The translations under genes and the position numbers were made by a program. A stretch of DNA of 64,000 nt from Candidatus Kerfeldbacteria bacterium. GTDB lineage: Bacteria; Patescibacteriota; Patescibacteriia; UBA9570; XYC2-FULL-38-9. The stretch spans positions 48,040 to 112,039 of the forward strand of contig JACPGJ010000002.1 in the NCBI GenBank assembly GCA_016182555.1. The letters are read 5' to 3'. Of the stretch, positions 28,335 through 38,831 are shown in pieces. The notes beneath the pieces were generated by a model. That model was not told the DNA's origin, searched no databases, and was given only the letters and a program-made list of their open reading frames with translations. Numbering within the stretch: position 1 is the stretch's first letter; each line of letters begins with the position of its first letter.

Positions 28335-29501
28335 ATGGAACATGTTTTAATCCCTCCTCATGGTAACGTATTAGTCAATCGCGTATTATCTCCGGAGCAC
28401 GCGAAGGTGGCAAAAGAAAAAGCTGCTTCATTAGTACAAATCACGATTGACGAAGAACAGATTAAAGATATTAAAAATATTGCGCGTGGTGTATTGAGCC
28501 CATTGACTGGCCTGATGAACGAAGCCGATTTTGTGCGTGTGGTGAATGAAATGCGCTTAGCGAATGGTATACTCTGGTCGATGCCAATGGTATTAGATGT
28601 GAGTGAAGAAGAAGCTGGCCGCATGAAAACTGGTGACGAAGTGGCGTTGATAGACGAGCAAAAAAATGTGATTGCGATTCTTCATGTTGGCGATATCTAT
28701 TCTTATGATGCTATGCATGTAACGCGGCAAGTCTATGGAACAAATGACCAGGCGCATCCGGGCGTGGACCGTTGGATGAAAATGAAACCGCTCCTTGTGG
28801 GTGGGTTGATCGACTTGGTGGATAACTCCAAGGAACCGTATTATGAATTTAACCTTGATCCATTAGAAACTCGTTTTTTGTTTAAGACTCGTGGGTGGAA
28901 AACCGTAGTGGGTTTTCAAACGCGTAATGCACCGCACCGAGCTCATGAATATTTACAACGTATCGGTTTAGAATTATGTGATGGGCTGTTTATCAACCCA
29001 ATTATTGGTATGAAAAAAGTTGGTGATTTCAAAGATGAGATGATCATGAAAACATACGATTACATGGCGAAGCAAGTATATGCGAAAGACCGCGTGGTTT
29101 GTTCTATTTTACCGTCGCGCATGAATTATGCTGGTCCTCGGGACGCTATTTACCACGCCATTATTCGCAAAAACTTTGGTTGTACGCATTTCATTGTTGG
29201 CCGTGACCATGCCGGCGTTGGTGATTATTATGGCACATACGCTGCGCAAGAAATTTTTGAAAACATTGCCGCAGAAGATATTGGCATCACCATTTTGAAG
29301 CTCGAAAATTCGTTTATGTGTAAGAAGTGTGAAACGGTTTCGACCTCGAAAACTTGTGGCCATCAGGACTCCGACCGTGTTCCACCTTCCGGCACCAAAA
29401 TTCGTAACTTGTTGACTGAGAAAAAACCAGTGCCATGGGAAATTATGCGCCCCGAAGTAGTAGAAATTTTGTTGTCGGTCGATAATCCGTTTGTGGAATA
29501 A
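28335..29501 (+). CDS. sat: Sulfate adenylyltransferase
   Basis: FQTRNAPHRAHE, GRDHAGVG. Confidence 0.95.
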   Translation: MEHVLIPPHGNVLVNRVLSPEHAKVAKEKAASLVQITIDEEQIKDIKNIARGVLSPLTGLMNEADFVRVVNEMRLANGILWSMPMVLDVSEEEAGRMKTGDEVALIDEQKNVIAILHVGDIYSYDAMHVTRQVYGTNDQAHPGVDRWMKMKPLLVGGLIDLVDNSKEPYYEFNLDPLETRFLFKTRGWKTVVGFQTRNAPHRAHEYLQRIGLELCDGLFINPIIGMKKVGDFKDEMIMKTYDYMAKQVYAKDRVVCSILPSRMNYAGPRDAIYHAIIRKNFGCTHFIVGRDHAGVGDYYGTYAAQEIFENIAAEDIGITILKLENSFMCKKCETVSTSKTCGHQDSDRVPPSGTKIRNLLTEKKPVPWEIMRPEVVEILLSVDNPFVE

Positions 29502-29510
29502 TGTCATTGG

Positions 29511-29604
29511 TTTGATCCTCTCGAGGCATCTGTTCGTTGCTAGCGTCCACCCCTTCGGGGATGGCCGACAAATCGCATCTTCACAGATGCCTCTGCGGAT
29601 CAAA
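29511..29604 (+). repeat. Long intergenic hairpin with UUCG apex
   Basis: TTTGATCC/GGATCAAA, GAGGCATCTGT/ACAGATGCCTC, CCC-TTCG-GGG. Confidence 0.7.
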
Positions 29605-29666
29605 AAATAGATACACCACTACGGATTTCAATATCAAGCTATAATAAATACTATTGGCAATTATCC

Positions 29667-30683
29667 ATGTCCTTATCTATAGATTTTCAAGAATATATAG
29701 AAGAGCAGCAGCCAAATAAATTGTTGTTGTTGTACCATTGGGATACCGACGGTTTGGCGTGTGCGGCGTTATTTTTGAATTATTTGGATGTCGCAAGTCC
29801 GAATACTGAAGTGGTGTTGATGCACCCAACAATTAACAATTATTTTTTGCTTCCGCGGGAGTATGCGCAGATTGCCGCGATGAATGTAGATGCCATTCTC
29901 ACGACCGATATTAATTTCCCACCCGATGTGTTTACTCGGTTGGAGCAAATCGTGCAGCCCGTATTTGTGTTTGACCATCATTCGCAAACCGCGGGCATTG
30001 GAAAGCCTGGTGTGCAAAATCCAAATTATCCTGGCTGTTCGATGCTGGTGAATGATTATTTAATGCAGCCGTTGTCTTTGGTCTCCGTGTTGGGTATGGT
30101 GGGTGATCAAGAAGAACGTATCCGAGAGTTCACCGCTTTTTATCCGCAAGTGGAAGAGATGATGAAAGAACATGGATTGTCGTTTGAAGAAATATTACGT
30201 CTGACGAAATTGATTGACACGATGTATATTGTGGGCGACACGGAAGGATTAGAATATGCGATTGCATTGTTGCGCCGTAATCCTATTGATGCGCTGACTG
30301 ACCAACGCTTGTTGAGCGCGGAAAAAGAGATCGCCGCAGAATTAGCGCGTGAATGTGCAAAAGAAATGAAACCGATGGGCGAGCATGTGTTGTACCAGCC
30401 GATTGATTCGCGGATGAGTTTAATTTCCGAAGTTACCCGTGCTCGTGCCCGCGAATTTCCAGAGAGCATTATCATGACCGATCACGTGCGTGGCGATGAT
30501 GCTAGCCTGTATCTTCGGCGCCGCAATGCACCAATTGACTTGGGCTGCGTGGTTGATTTGGCGCGAAAACTCGGTTACAATGCTGGAGGAAAGCCGGAAG
30601 TGGCAGGCGTCGTGTTGCCCGCAAAAGCGCTTGTCGATTTCCGTGCACAAGTGATTCAATTATTAGAACAACTTTATGGATAA
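29667..30683 (+). CDS. DHH-family phosphoesterase (candidate PAP phosphatase)
   Basis: HWDTDG, TTDI, FDHH, DHHA1-like AGGKPEVAG. Confidence 0.85.
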   Translation: MSLSIDFQEYIEEQQPNKLLLLYHWDTDGLACAALFLNYLDVASPNTEVVLMHPTINNYFLLPREYAQIAAMNVDAILTTDINFPPDVFTRLEQIVQPVFVFDHHSQTAGIGKPGVQNPNYPGCSMLVNDYLMQPLSLVSVLGMVGDQEERIREFTAFYPQVEEMMKEHGLSFEEILRLTKLIDTMYIVGDTEGLEYAIALLRRNPIDALTDQRLLSAEKEIAAELARECAKEMKPMGEHVLYQPIDSRMSLISEVTRARAREFPESIIMTDHVRGDDASLYLRRRNAPIDLGCVVDLARKLGYNAGGKPEVAGVVLPAKALVDFRAQVIQLLEQLYG

Positions 30684-32073
30684 ACGAAAAGTGATGGTGA
30701 TTGGTTTAGATTGTGCCACACCGCAATTATTATTCGAACGGTATAAAAAAGATTTACCGAATATTTCGCGTTTGATGGAACAGGGGACATGGGGAAAGTT
30801 ACGCAGTACCACCCCACCTATTACGGTTCCGGCATGGGCAGCGATGACCACTTCGAAACACGCTGGTGATTTAGGCGTGTATGGTTTTCGTTCACGGAAA
30901 GCTGGGGCGGCGTATGACGATATGGATATTGCGCATGGCGGCATGATTACTGAAAAACGTGTGTGGGACTATTTGGGTGATGCCGGGTACAAAGTGGGCA
31001 TGCTTGGTGTTCCACAAACCTACCCCATCACGAAGCCGGTCAATGGCATGCAAGTGACGTGTTTTCTCACTCCAAGCACAAAAGATGAATTCACCTGGCC
31101 GCGTGAACTCAAAAAAGAAATTGTAGATATGGTCGCGCCCGATGACTATATTTTTGATTTTGCGAATCGTTCACAAGAGCCACCGGAAAAGGCGCTCGAA
31201 ATTATTATCAAAATGACGAAACAGCGTCAGAAAATTTTTCGCCATTGGGTGCAAAATAAGAACTGGGATTTTTTGATGATGGTAGAAATGGGGGTAGATC
31301 GCATTCACCATTACCTGTGGCATTTTATGGATCCACAGCATAAAGATTATCTACCGGGTAACCCATTTGAAGGAAAGATTTTAGATTATTACCGCGATAT
31401 CGATGCGTTTATTGGCGAGATGCAGCAATTGGCGCCAAAAGATACGGTATTGTATGTTGTCTCTGACCACGGCGCAAAACGGATGGAAGGAATGTTTGTG
31501 ATTAACGAATGGTTAATCGACCATGGATATTTAGTATTGAAATCATTTCCATCAACACCAACGACTATTGAAAAATGTGATGTGGATTGGAGCCGTACCA
31601 AAGCGTGGGCGTGGGGTGGGTTCTATTCTCGATTGTTTGTGAATGTAGCTGGCCGCGAACCACAGGGATGCGTTCCACCAGAAGAAGTTGATGCGTTGCT
31701 GGAAGAGATTCGCACCAAGCTTATGGAAGAGCGCGTGGGACCAAATGGTGAAGAGATGCCGCCGCACCAAATTTATCGCTCGCAGGAGTTATATGATGTC
31801 ACGAATGGTGATTCACCTGATTTGTTGATTTTTTGGGGAGACCTGTTTTGGAAAGTAGCGGGAACCGTTGGGTATCACACCCACTACATTGAACACGATG
31901 ACAAAGGGTTGGATTATGGCGTGCATGATTGGAATGGAGTGTTTGTGAAATATGATCCTGCGCATCCTGGGAAGGGCGAACGCCCTGACTTGAATATTTT
32001 GGATGTCACCCCAACTATTTTACATGATTTTGGTATAACCATTCCGAGTGGCTTGCGAGGGAAAGTAATATAA
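30676..32073 (+). CDS. Alkaline phosphatase superfamily, type I phosphodiesterase/NPP family, cytoplasmic
   Basis: IGLDCA, STTPPITVPAW, DRIHH, VSDHG, GVHDWNG; no signal peptide. Confidence 0.9.
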   Translation: MDKRKVMVIGLDCATPQLLFERYKKDLPNISRLMEQGTWGKLRSTTPPITVPAWAAMTTSKHAGDLGVYGFRSRKAGAAYDDMDIAHGGMITEKRVWDYLGDAGYKVGMLGVPQTYPITKPVNGMQVTCFLTPSTKDEFTWPRELKKEIVDMVAPDDYIFDFANRSQEPPEKALEIIIKMTKQRQKIFRHWVQNKNWDFLMMVEMGVDRIHHYLWHFMDPQHKDYLPGNPFEGKILDYYRDIDAFIGEMQQLAPKDTVLYVVSDHGAKRMEGMFVINEWLIDHGYLVLKSFPSTPTTIEKCDVDWSRTKAWAWGGFYSRLFVNVAGREPQGCVPPEEVDALLEEIRTKLMEERVGPNGEEMPPHQIYRSQELYDVTNGDSPDLLIFWGDLFWKVAGTVGYHTHYIEHDDKGLDYGVHDWNGVFVKYDPAHPGKGERPDLNILDVTPTILHDFGITIPSGLRGKVI

Positions 32074-32077
32074 GGCA

Positions 32078-33757
32078 GTGAACCATAGTATCCGACAGTT
32101 GACTGTATACCGATTTCGCATCGCATTAGTTGTTATTTTGTTTGGTGCGGCCTGGTTACGGCTCTATGATATTGCAGAAGTGAAGAATGTGGATGAGCCG
32201 AACATTATTCATCGTGCGGTGAGTGTGGCGAATGGGCAGATGCATATTCACTGGTACAACTGGCCAGGGCAATCATTGATTCGTATTGATGGGGTAGTGT
32301 TTAAAATGGTGCAGATGACACGCGCAGTGAGCAATTCAGATTGGCGTCAGCCCATGACTGTGTTATATCAAGAACAAAAAAATTATTTTGAAACCATTGC
32401 TCATATAGTCACAGTTCTATTTGGGTTGATTTCTATTACGTTGGTCTTTTTCATCGCCGAACGATTATATTCTTCATTCGCTGGTACCCTTGCGGCACTT
32501 TTTCTATCCGTGAGTTATTTACATGTACGCCACTCGCGGTTTGCCACGCCAGATGTGCCGATGACCACGGCATTGTTAGCAAATATTTTGATTGCTCTTT
32601 TGTTATGGAATGAACAGCGTGCAAAGCGTGTACAACTTCTGTACCTGTTGGCGGGTATCGTAGTTGGTTTTGCTATTGCGACAAAATACACTGGTGCACT
32701 TGCGTTGATACCGATTATTTTCGTTCATATCATTCGATTTTTTGAACAGTATCACTGGCAGTGGAAAAAAATTATTCGTTCGAGTTGGCGTCTAATCAAT
32801 CTACCCGTACTGTTATTCTTCTTAGGCGCATTGGCTATGCATACCGTATTGAATCCATTTTTCTTTGTAGATATTCAAGCAATTCTGAAGCAATTATTGT
32901 ATGAAGCTCAACCGATCCGTATGGGGGTTGATTGGTCGGGTCAGAAGTATATTTTTTTGAAGAATCTACTCTTTTATCTCCGCGGGCCATTTGCTTGGAG
33001 TGGAACAGCCATTACCGGTATTGCCTATACAACTATTCTGTATAGTCTTTGGCGTTTTCATCGCACACGTTGGCGACCATTCACAGTGTTGAGTATTTTT
33101 TTTGTTATGACATTAGTTGGATTATCGTCCTTGGGTCTGCATTGGAGTCGTTGGGCTGTGCCATTTTCACCACTCATTGCAATTGCTGCTGGCGTTGGGA
33201 TTGCCGCTATTGTGGTCAAGATTCAGCAGCGCTGCAGACAACAGTTTCTCGTAGCGAGCATCACGACGTTTTTTTTAGTGATGATTATTTTTCCTCAAGC
33301 GTTGGTGAGCTTTGTCGCTGTGCATAGTTTTGAAGATCAAAGTACCTCACGGCAAATGGGTAAGTATATTCGTCAACATCTACCCACGGGAAGTACGATT
33401 GTCGCTGACACCTATTATCTTGAAACGGGTAAAGATTATCGCCTAGAAACTCCTCGCATGAAATTATATGCGCGCCTGCCAGAAGACTATCGCCAACAAG
33501 GAGTGGATTATTTGGTGATTAAAACGCAGCGTCATTCCTACGCCCGAAAACAGCCAGAGCTGTATCCAGAGATATTGACATTTTTTGATCAGCTGGACTA
33601 TTCAGCAAAAAAGATTGTCAGAGTTGTGCCAACGGATGATTCTTTGTTGAACCATAAGCGCGATATAGGGGTATATACATGGCTAGCGCAGCATGGATTT
33701 TCCAATCTCTTTTCTATTGAAAATGGAGGTGCGTTGACGCTGTATCAATTGCCATAA
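32078..33757 (+). CDS. GT-C fold membrane glycosyltransferase (ArnT/PMT-like)
   Basis: N-terminal DE motif, SRFATPDVP, AIATKYTG, many TMs. Confidence 0.85.
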   Translation: MNHSIRQLTVYRFRIALVVILFGAAWLRLYDIAEVKNVDEPNIIHRAVSVANGQMHIHWYNWPGQSLIRIDGVVFKMVQMTRAVSNSDWRQPMTVLYQEQKNYFETIAHIVTVLFGLISITLVFFIAERLYSSFAGTLAALFLSVSYLHVRHSRFATPDVPMTTALLANILIALLLWNEQRAKRVQLLYLLAGIVVGFAIATKYTGALALIPIIFVHIIRFFEQYHWQWKKIIRSSWRLINLPVLLFFLGALAMHTVLNPFFFVDIQAILKQLLYEAQPIRMGVDWSGQKYIFLKNLLFYLRGPFAWSGTAITGIAYTTILYSLWRFHRTRWRPFTVLSIFFVMTLVGLSSLGLHWSRWAVPFSPLIAIAAGVGIAAIVVKIQQRCRQQFLVASITTFFLVMIIFPQALVSFVAVHSFEDQSTSRQMGKYIRQHLPTGSTIVADTYYLETGKDYRLETPRMKLYARLPEDYRQQGVDYLVIKTQRHSYARKQPELYPEILTFFDQLDYSAKKIVRVVPTDDSLLNHKRDIGVYTWLAQHGFSNLFSIENGGALTLYQLP

Positions 33758-33812
33758 GGGATCAATTTCTGTATACTTAAATATGTATATTACCAGGTGA
33801 ATTTTTTATTTT

Positions 33813-34418
33813 ATGCAACAAAAAGCAACAAATATTACGTGGCACGATGGCGAGGTAACCAAAACTCACCGCGAAGGTTTGCTGAAACAACAAGGGGTTA
33901 TTTTGTGGTTTACGGGTTTATCCGGTTCAGGGAAATCCACGATTACCGTGGCGTTGGAACAGGCGCTATATCAACATGGCCACGCCAGTTACCGGTTAGA
34001 TGGCGACAATATTAGGCATGGGTTGAATAAAGATTTAGGGTTTTCACCTGAAGACCGGACAGAAAATATCCGTCGGATTGGGGAAGTCGCAAAACTCATG
34101 ATGGACGCTGGTTTAGTAGTGATGACTTCATTTATTTCTCCATACCGCGCAGATCGTGATTTAGCTCGCAGCCTCGTCGCGCCAGGAGAATTTTTGGAAA
34201 TATACGTAAAATGTTCGTTGGAAAAATGTGAAGAGCGTGACCCGAAAGGCTTGTACAAAAAAGCCCGTGCAGGTGAGATTCCAGAATTTACAGGTATTAG
34301 CGCTCCGTATGAAGAACCAGAAGAACCGGAACTGGTGTTGGATACCGCCACGCTGAGTGTGGATGAAGCTGTGCAAACGATTCTTGAATACTTGAAACAG
34401 CATAACTACATTCATTAG
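33813..34418 (+). CDS. cysC: Adenylyl-sulfate kinase
   Basis: [33 protein letters not shown]. Confidence 0.96.
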   Translation: MQQKATNITWHDGEVTKTHREGLLKQQGVILWFTGLSGSGKSTITVALEQALYQHGHASYRLDGDNIRHGLNKDLGFSPEDRTENIRRIGEVAKLMMDAGLVVMTSFISPYRADRDLARSLVAPGEFLEIYVKCSLEKCEERDPKGLYKKARAGEIPEFTGISAPYEEPEEPELVLDTATLSVDEAVQTILEYLKQHNYIH

Positions 34419-34426
34419 TATTATTT

Positions 34427-34513
34427 CATTTGGCCGTAACGGCAATTCTGGAGAGAGCACGTATTTGCGAAGCAAAACGAAGCTCTCGAAGAATTGGCGT
34501 GAAGGACCAAATG
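34427..34513 (+). repeat. 52-nt-core palindromic repeat, copy 2
   Basis: Core 34444-34495; outer CATTTGG/CCAAATG stem. Confidence 0.9.
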
Positions 34514-34529
34514 TAGAGATGTATCATCC

Positions 34530-36245
34530 ATGAAGAAACATTTTTTCAAAATAATTATTATACTCGCAATCTGTATTGGTATTGGTGTGGGTTCGGGTGT
34601 TGTCTATTTTAATGATCACGCATGGGGTGCGTGGGGAGATGATTCGGCGGGGTATATCTATCTTGCTGGTCGCATGTATTCTGGAAAACCATTAATTTAC
34701 ACAGATGACTTAGCGTTGTCTGGTTTCAATTTTTTTGGAGATGAAAAATTGGCACGATGGTTACTGCCTACTCATCATCAATTTATTAACACGCACGGGG
34801 TTGCCGCATCCAAATATCCAGTGGGGCTATCGCTGTTGATGGTGCTTGCTGCAAAAATAATGCATTCCTCTTTTGGTTTTTATTTGTTGAATCCGTTGCT
34901 TGCCGCCGTGAACCTTGCACTCATCTACCTGTTAGCCCTCGTACTCTTTCCAAAATATCGATACCGGCATGCCATTGGCGTGCTTGCGTCATTCTTTCTT
35001 GGTATTTCGCACTTATACTACGACCATGCTCTTGCACAGCCAATGCGTGAAATTCCCTCTATAACGTTTTTATTATTGATGGCCATTCCACTCGTAAGAG
35101 TATTGGATCGTTTTCAAGAAAAACATATTTCAGCAAGAGATCGGTTGTTGAATTATGCGTTGTTGGCGCTTGCCGGTCTTGCCTATGGTATAGCGATTGA
35201 TGTTCGGGAGACGAGTATTATGTTATTTCCCGGAATCGTTCTTGCTGTATTGATGGTGTTGCGAAAACAATGGCGCGCAGTGATCATCAATGGAGCAGTA
35301 TTTATATTCATGATGGCGATTGCCCTCACTCCAACGATTCTCAACTCCATTCATCTCTCGGAGGATAAGGAAGTATTCAAAGCACGCGATAAAAGTTCAG
35401 TGGTGATTTTGTCGAATATCAACCACTTGGATACCATTAGTACCGATAATGTTTTTGACAATGAAGGACGTTTTCGTCCAGGAAAAGGTTCATTGCCGCA
35501 TTATTGGGACATTATGCAACAAGCCTCTCCGGTGCCATATTTTCTGGCATTTGTATTGCTCGGAATTATTTTTCTCTGGCGTATGAACAAGCCCAAGACG
35601 ATATTTTTATTGCTTTGGTGTCTTGGTACGCTCACCATTTTTGCTTTATGGATCAACCCATACTCTCGGTATATTTTACCAATGTTTCCACCACTCATGT
35701 TGTTTGCCAGTTTTGGTATTTGTTCATTTTTTCAAGAGTTTCTTCCTCGTGTTGTTCCAGAGCGGCGTGTCGTCCGTGTGCTGGCGTTTGTGGTCGTTGC
35801 TATTACATTTGGTTATGGGTATCAACCATTATTTGCAGAAGTGAAAGAGAATTTGCATAGCGATGTCTATATATTCAAAGCGATATCCAAAACTGATTTA
35901 GAAACGTTGATCGACTTGGGTGGCCAGTTGAAAACGTATCAGAAACCGGTATTGATGTTTTCCGGTTCGTGGCAATATGGAACGAGTGAAACATTAGAAG
36001 CCCATACGGGTTTGAAAGCTATTCGGTTTCCACTAGAGCAGCGTTTCGATTTTAGTAAAGACGAAGTATATACTTTTTTTAACCAGATGCTCGGAGATGG
36101 ATATACATTGTTCGTTTGGATTGATGCCACGTCATCACCTGAAGCCTTAGATTTTGTGAATCAATATAACGGTGAAGAAATTAAAACACTTCAATTTACT
36201 TTTCAGCCGGATGTTCATATTTATTCTGTTTCTTTGCAACGATAA
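34530..36245 (+). CDS. GT-C fold membrane glycosyltransferase
   Basis: GDDSAGY, KYPVGL, RYILP motifs; many TMs. Confidence 0.75.
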   Translation: MKKHFFKIIIILAICIGIGVGSGVVYFNDHAWGAWGDDSAGYIYLAGRMYSGKPLIYTDDLALSGFNFFGDEKLARWLLPTHHQFINTHGVAASKYPVGLSLLMVLAAKIMHSSFGFYLLNPLLAAVNLALIYLLALVLFPKYRYRHAIGVLASFFLGISHLYYDHALAQPMREIPSITFLLLMAIPLVRVLDRFQEKHISARDRLLNYALLALAGLAYGIAIDVRETSIMLFPGIVLAVLMVLRKQWRAVIINGAVFIFMMAIALTPTILNSIHLSEDKEVFKARDKSSVVILSNINHLDTISTDNVFDNEGRFRPGKGSLPHYWDIMQQASPVPYFLAFVLLGIIFLWRMNKPKTIFLLLWCLGTLTIFALWINPYSRYILPMFPPLMLFASFGICSFFQEFLPRVVPERRVVRVLAFVVVAITFGYGYQPLFAEVKENLHSDVYIFKAISKTDLETLIDLGGQLKTYQKPVLMFSGSWQYGTSETLEAHTGLKAIRFPLEQRFDFSKDEVYTFFNQMLGDGYTLFVWIDATSSPEALDFVNQYNGEEIKTLQFTFQPDVHIYSVSLQR

Positions 36246-36269
36246 CAGGTAAATGTTTTTTGAGCTGTA

Positions 36270-36331
36270 GAGAAAATTCTGGAGAGAGCACGTATTTGCG
36301 AAGCAAAACGAAGCTCTCGAAGAATTTTCTC
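36270..36331 (+). repeat. 52-nt-core palindromic repeat, copy 3
   Basis: Core 36275-36326; outer GAGAAAATTC/GAATTTTCTC; between convergent genes. Confidence 0.9.
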
Positions 36332-36349
36332 GAAAGGCTAAAAAGAGGA

Positions 36350-37963
36350 TTACAACTTTATCTTTCCGAGAGCCTGATGAATAGATGACTTCTCACTGAT
36401 GAGTTTAGACGAAGGACCTTTCTCTACATCACGTATATATGCTTCTGCAGAGGTTTTGAATACAGATTTCTCTACGTGGCCATCGCAATCAGACGGTACA
36501 GGTAAATTCAACAAATGAAGTAATAGGGGAGTAATATCTTGCATTTTTAATCCTTCCACAGTTTTGTTTTCGGCAAAATCTGGCCCGAGCGCCATGAATA
36601 TCCCAAATTGATCGTGTTTGTTCTGAATTTCCTCTGCAAATAATTTCCCAGATTGAAATTGTCCTACTAACCAATAGTCACCAAGTTCAAAAAAGATATC
36701 TGGTGCTTGGTCTGGTGCATCATTTCCATAGACTTCTTCACGCGTCATAATGCGGGAAATAATTGGCCGGCCAGCATCATCGCGAATGGCACGCATTTTT
36801 TCAATCACCTCTGCACGAAGCGCAGGATATTCTTCTTTTGAAACTGTACCGTCTTTATATACCCATGCTTTGTTGATATACGCGCTGGTGATATAGCTCC
36901 CTTTTGGAAAACACACTTTCGTTTTACTAAAATCAATGCCCACATTCACTTTCAAGTTCACCGGTAAATATCGTTTTACCACTTTATGATAGGTAAATTT
37001 TGCGGCGCGTTCGAGCATAGGGAATTTGCTCAAAAATTCAAACACGCCAGAATTGATATTGATTCGTTTCTTTTGAGCACGGACTTTATCGGCTTCTTTC
37101 GCGCGGCGAGTTGCTGCACCACGAAATTGGTCAGCGTTCGTGTTGGTGGTTAAATATCCTTCCTTTTCTAACCAACGGTTAAAGTAAAATATTTTTTTAA
37201 ATGATTGAAACCCATGGTCGGAAACGATAATCAGGTTCGCGTCTTTTGGAAGGTGTTCCAAAAACCATGCCAGGTGCTCATCTACTTTTTCAAAAACACG
37301 CCGCGCTGATGCTTCTTCTTTTTCTTCTAGCTCGGTATAGGCCAAATGTGAAATCCAATCTGTATGCGAGAAGAGGTAAAAGAAAAAATCCCAGGGTTTT
37401 TTTTCAAATAGCCAACGCACACATGTGGTTTGTTCTTCCAAGTGCTTCAACAAATCTTCAATATATTCCTGCCGGCGTTCTTGCAGGCGCACACTTTCAT
37501 CGGGTGTAAGCCGATAATTTTTAAACGGCGGAAATTCTTCTTTTAGTGATTCAGGGTAAATCCATTTGTCGCCTTGGGTAAGCAAATCGGTAATCGTAAT
37601 ACTGTTCTTTAATTTTGGTGGGTAACTACCCGGCAGGTTCACGAGAATGGTTTTCATACCTTGCTCGTGCAGCATTTCATAAATCGTTTTATCACGAAAG
37701 TCGCTGCTTGTTGGAAATTTCATGTTGCCGAGTGAATCTGTGGGTAGCATGAAATCAAAAATACCGTGCTTACCCGGGTGTTTGCCAGTGGCAAATGTTC
37801 CCCACGATGCGGCGGTCATTGCTGGAATTGTGGATTCCAATTTTCCGCTGACACCCTGTTCCATGATCTTTTTCACCGTGGGCATGTAGCCTTTTTCGGC
37901 AAATGGTTTGAGGAGTTTCCAGGTGGCTCCATCGAGCCCGAGAACAACCGTTTTTTTCTTCAT
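36350..37963 (-). CDS. Alkaline phosphatase superfamily, NPP family, second paralogue
   Basis: LGLDGATW, STIPAMTAASW..TGKHPGKHG, DWISH, VSDHGF; start at MKKKTVV. Confidence 0.9.
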   Translation of the reverse strand: MKKKTVVLGLDGATWKLLKPFAEKGYMPTVKKIMEQGVSGKLESTIPAMTAASWGTFATGKHPGKHGIFDFMLPTDSLGNMKFPTSSDFRDKTIYEMLHEQGMKTILVNLPGSYPPKLKNSITITDLLTQGDKWIYPESLKEEFPPFKNYRLTPDESVRLQERRQEYIEDLLKHLEEQTTCVRWLFEKKPWDFFFYLFSHTDWISHLAYTELEEKEEASARRVFEKVDEHLAWFLEHLPKDANLIIVSDHGFQSFKKIFYFNRWLEKEGYLTTNTNADQFRGAATRRAKEADKVRAQKKRININSGVFEFLSKFPMLERAAKFTYHKVVKRYLPVNLKVNVGIDFSKTKVCFPKGSYITSAYINKAWVYKDGTVSKEEYPALRAEVIEKMRAIRDDAGRPIISRIMTREEVYGNDAPDQAPDIFFELGDYWLVGQFQSGKLFAEEIQNKHDQFGIFMALGPDFAENKTVEGLKMQDITPLLLHLLNLPVPSDCDGHVEKSVFKTSAEAYIRDVEKGPSSKLISEKSSIHQALGKIKL

Positions 37964-38147
37964 AGATAGCGTTTTATTATGGATGAGCTTGAATTGTTGA
38001 GCAATATGAACAATAATAATAGTATTGGAGATTGGCCATTCTGGCAAGCACAGAGCAGAAAGCGGAGGATGCTTTTATTTTCTGTGTTTGCCGGAGGGGG
38101 CTGATTCTTTCTCCTTATTAAAGGGGGGACGAAAGGAAAGGCCATTT

Positions 38148-38678
38148 ATGTCGTCGACACAAGTTTTTAATGCGGCGGTGGAGTGGCTCGAAGCGCGCGA
38201 AGCTCTCTATCGCTCGGCGGTTCTCGCTGGGCAAGAGGGTGAGCTCCATGCCAGCCGGCAAGTCGAGTGGTTTGCCGGGTTGGTGGCGCAGTTTCGTGAT
38301 CTCGAGCTGCTCTGGCTCGAGGCAGGTCTTGATGATAAAGCTGTGCGATATTTGTGCACGGCGTTTCATCAGTCCTGCCGGCCACCCACGCGAAGCTCGG
38401 AAGAGTCGTTGGAGGTACGCACCCGCCGACGCGAGTGCTACTTCCTTCGCCAGGCTCTACGAGCTTCTGGTCTGCGACCGAATGGCAAGCTCCTTGAAAC
38501 CCAGGAGCTTTGCCTACAGCTCGCTGGAGTGGCTGAGCGATTCGCTGCGCGAGCAGGGGGTGCTCGTCAAAACCAACGGGCTGAGGAGTTGTCTCAGCTC
38601 GCTGACCACTTTCGCCGCGAAGCGAGAGAGGTCTATGAGCTCGCAATCATGCGCGGGCTCCTGAGCAAAGCGGCGTAG
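38148..38678 (+). CDS. High-GC hypothetical helical protein
   Basis: GC clearly above the flanks; purine-rich SD AGGAAAGG; structured leader at 38041-38094. Confidence 0.65.
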   Translation: MSSTQVFNAAVEWLEAREALYRSAVLAGQEGELHASRQVEWFAGLVAQFRDLELLWLEAGLDDKAVRYLCTAFHQSCRPPTRSSEESLEVRTRRRECYFLRQALRASGLRPNGKLLETQELCLQLAGVAERFAARAGGARQNQRAEELSQLADHFRREAREVYELAIMRGLLSKAA

Positions 38679-38831
38679 GTTTTTTTTCATGGCGCTGCCA
38701 GAGCGCTACTCACCATCCGTTCGTTTTCTGGACATCAATACGCGCCCGCTTCAAAGCGTGTTGATAAAACGAACTCCTTCCAGTATACAGTGCATGAGCA
38801 GTGTCTACTGGAAGGATATGTCTGAAAAAAA

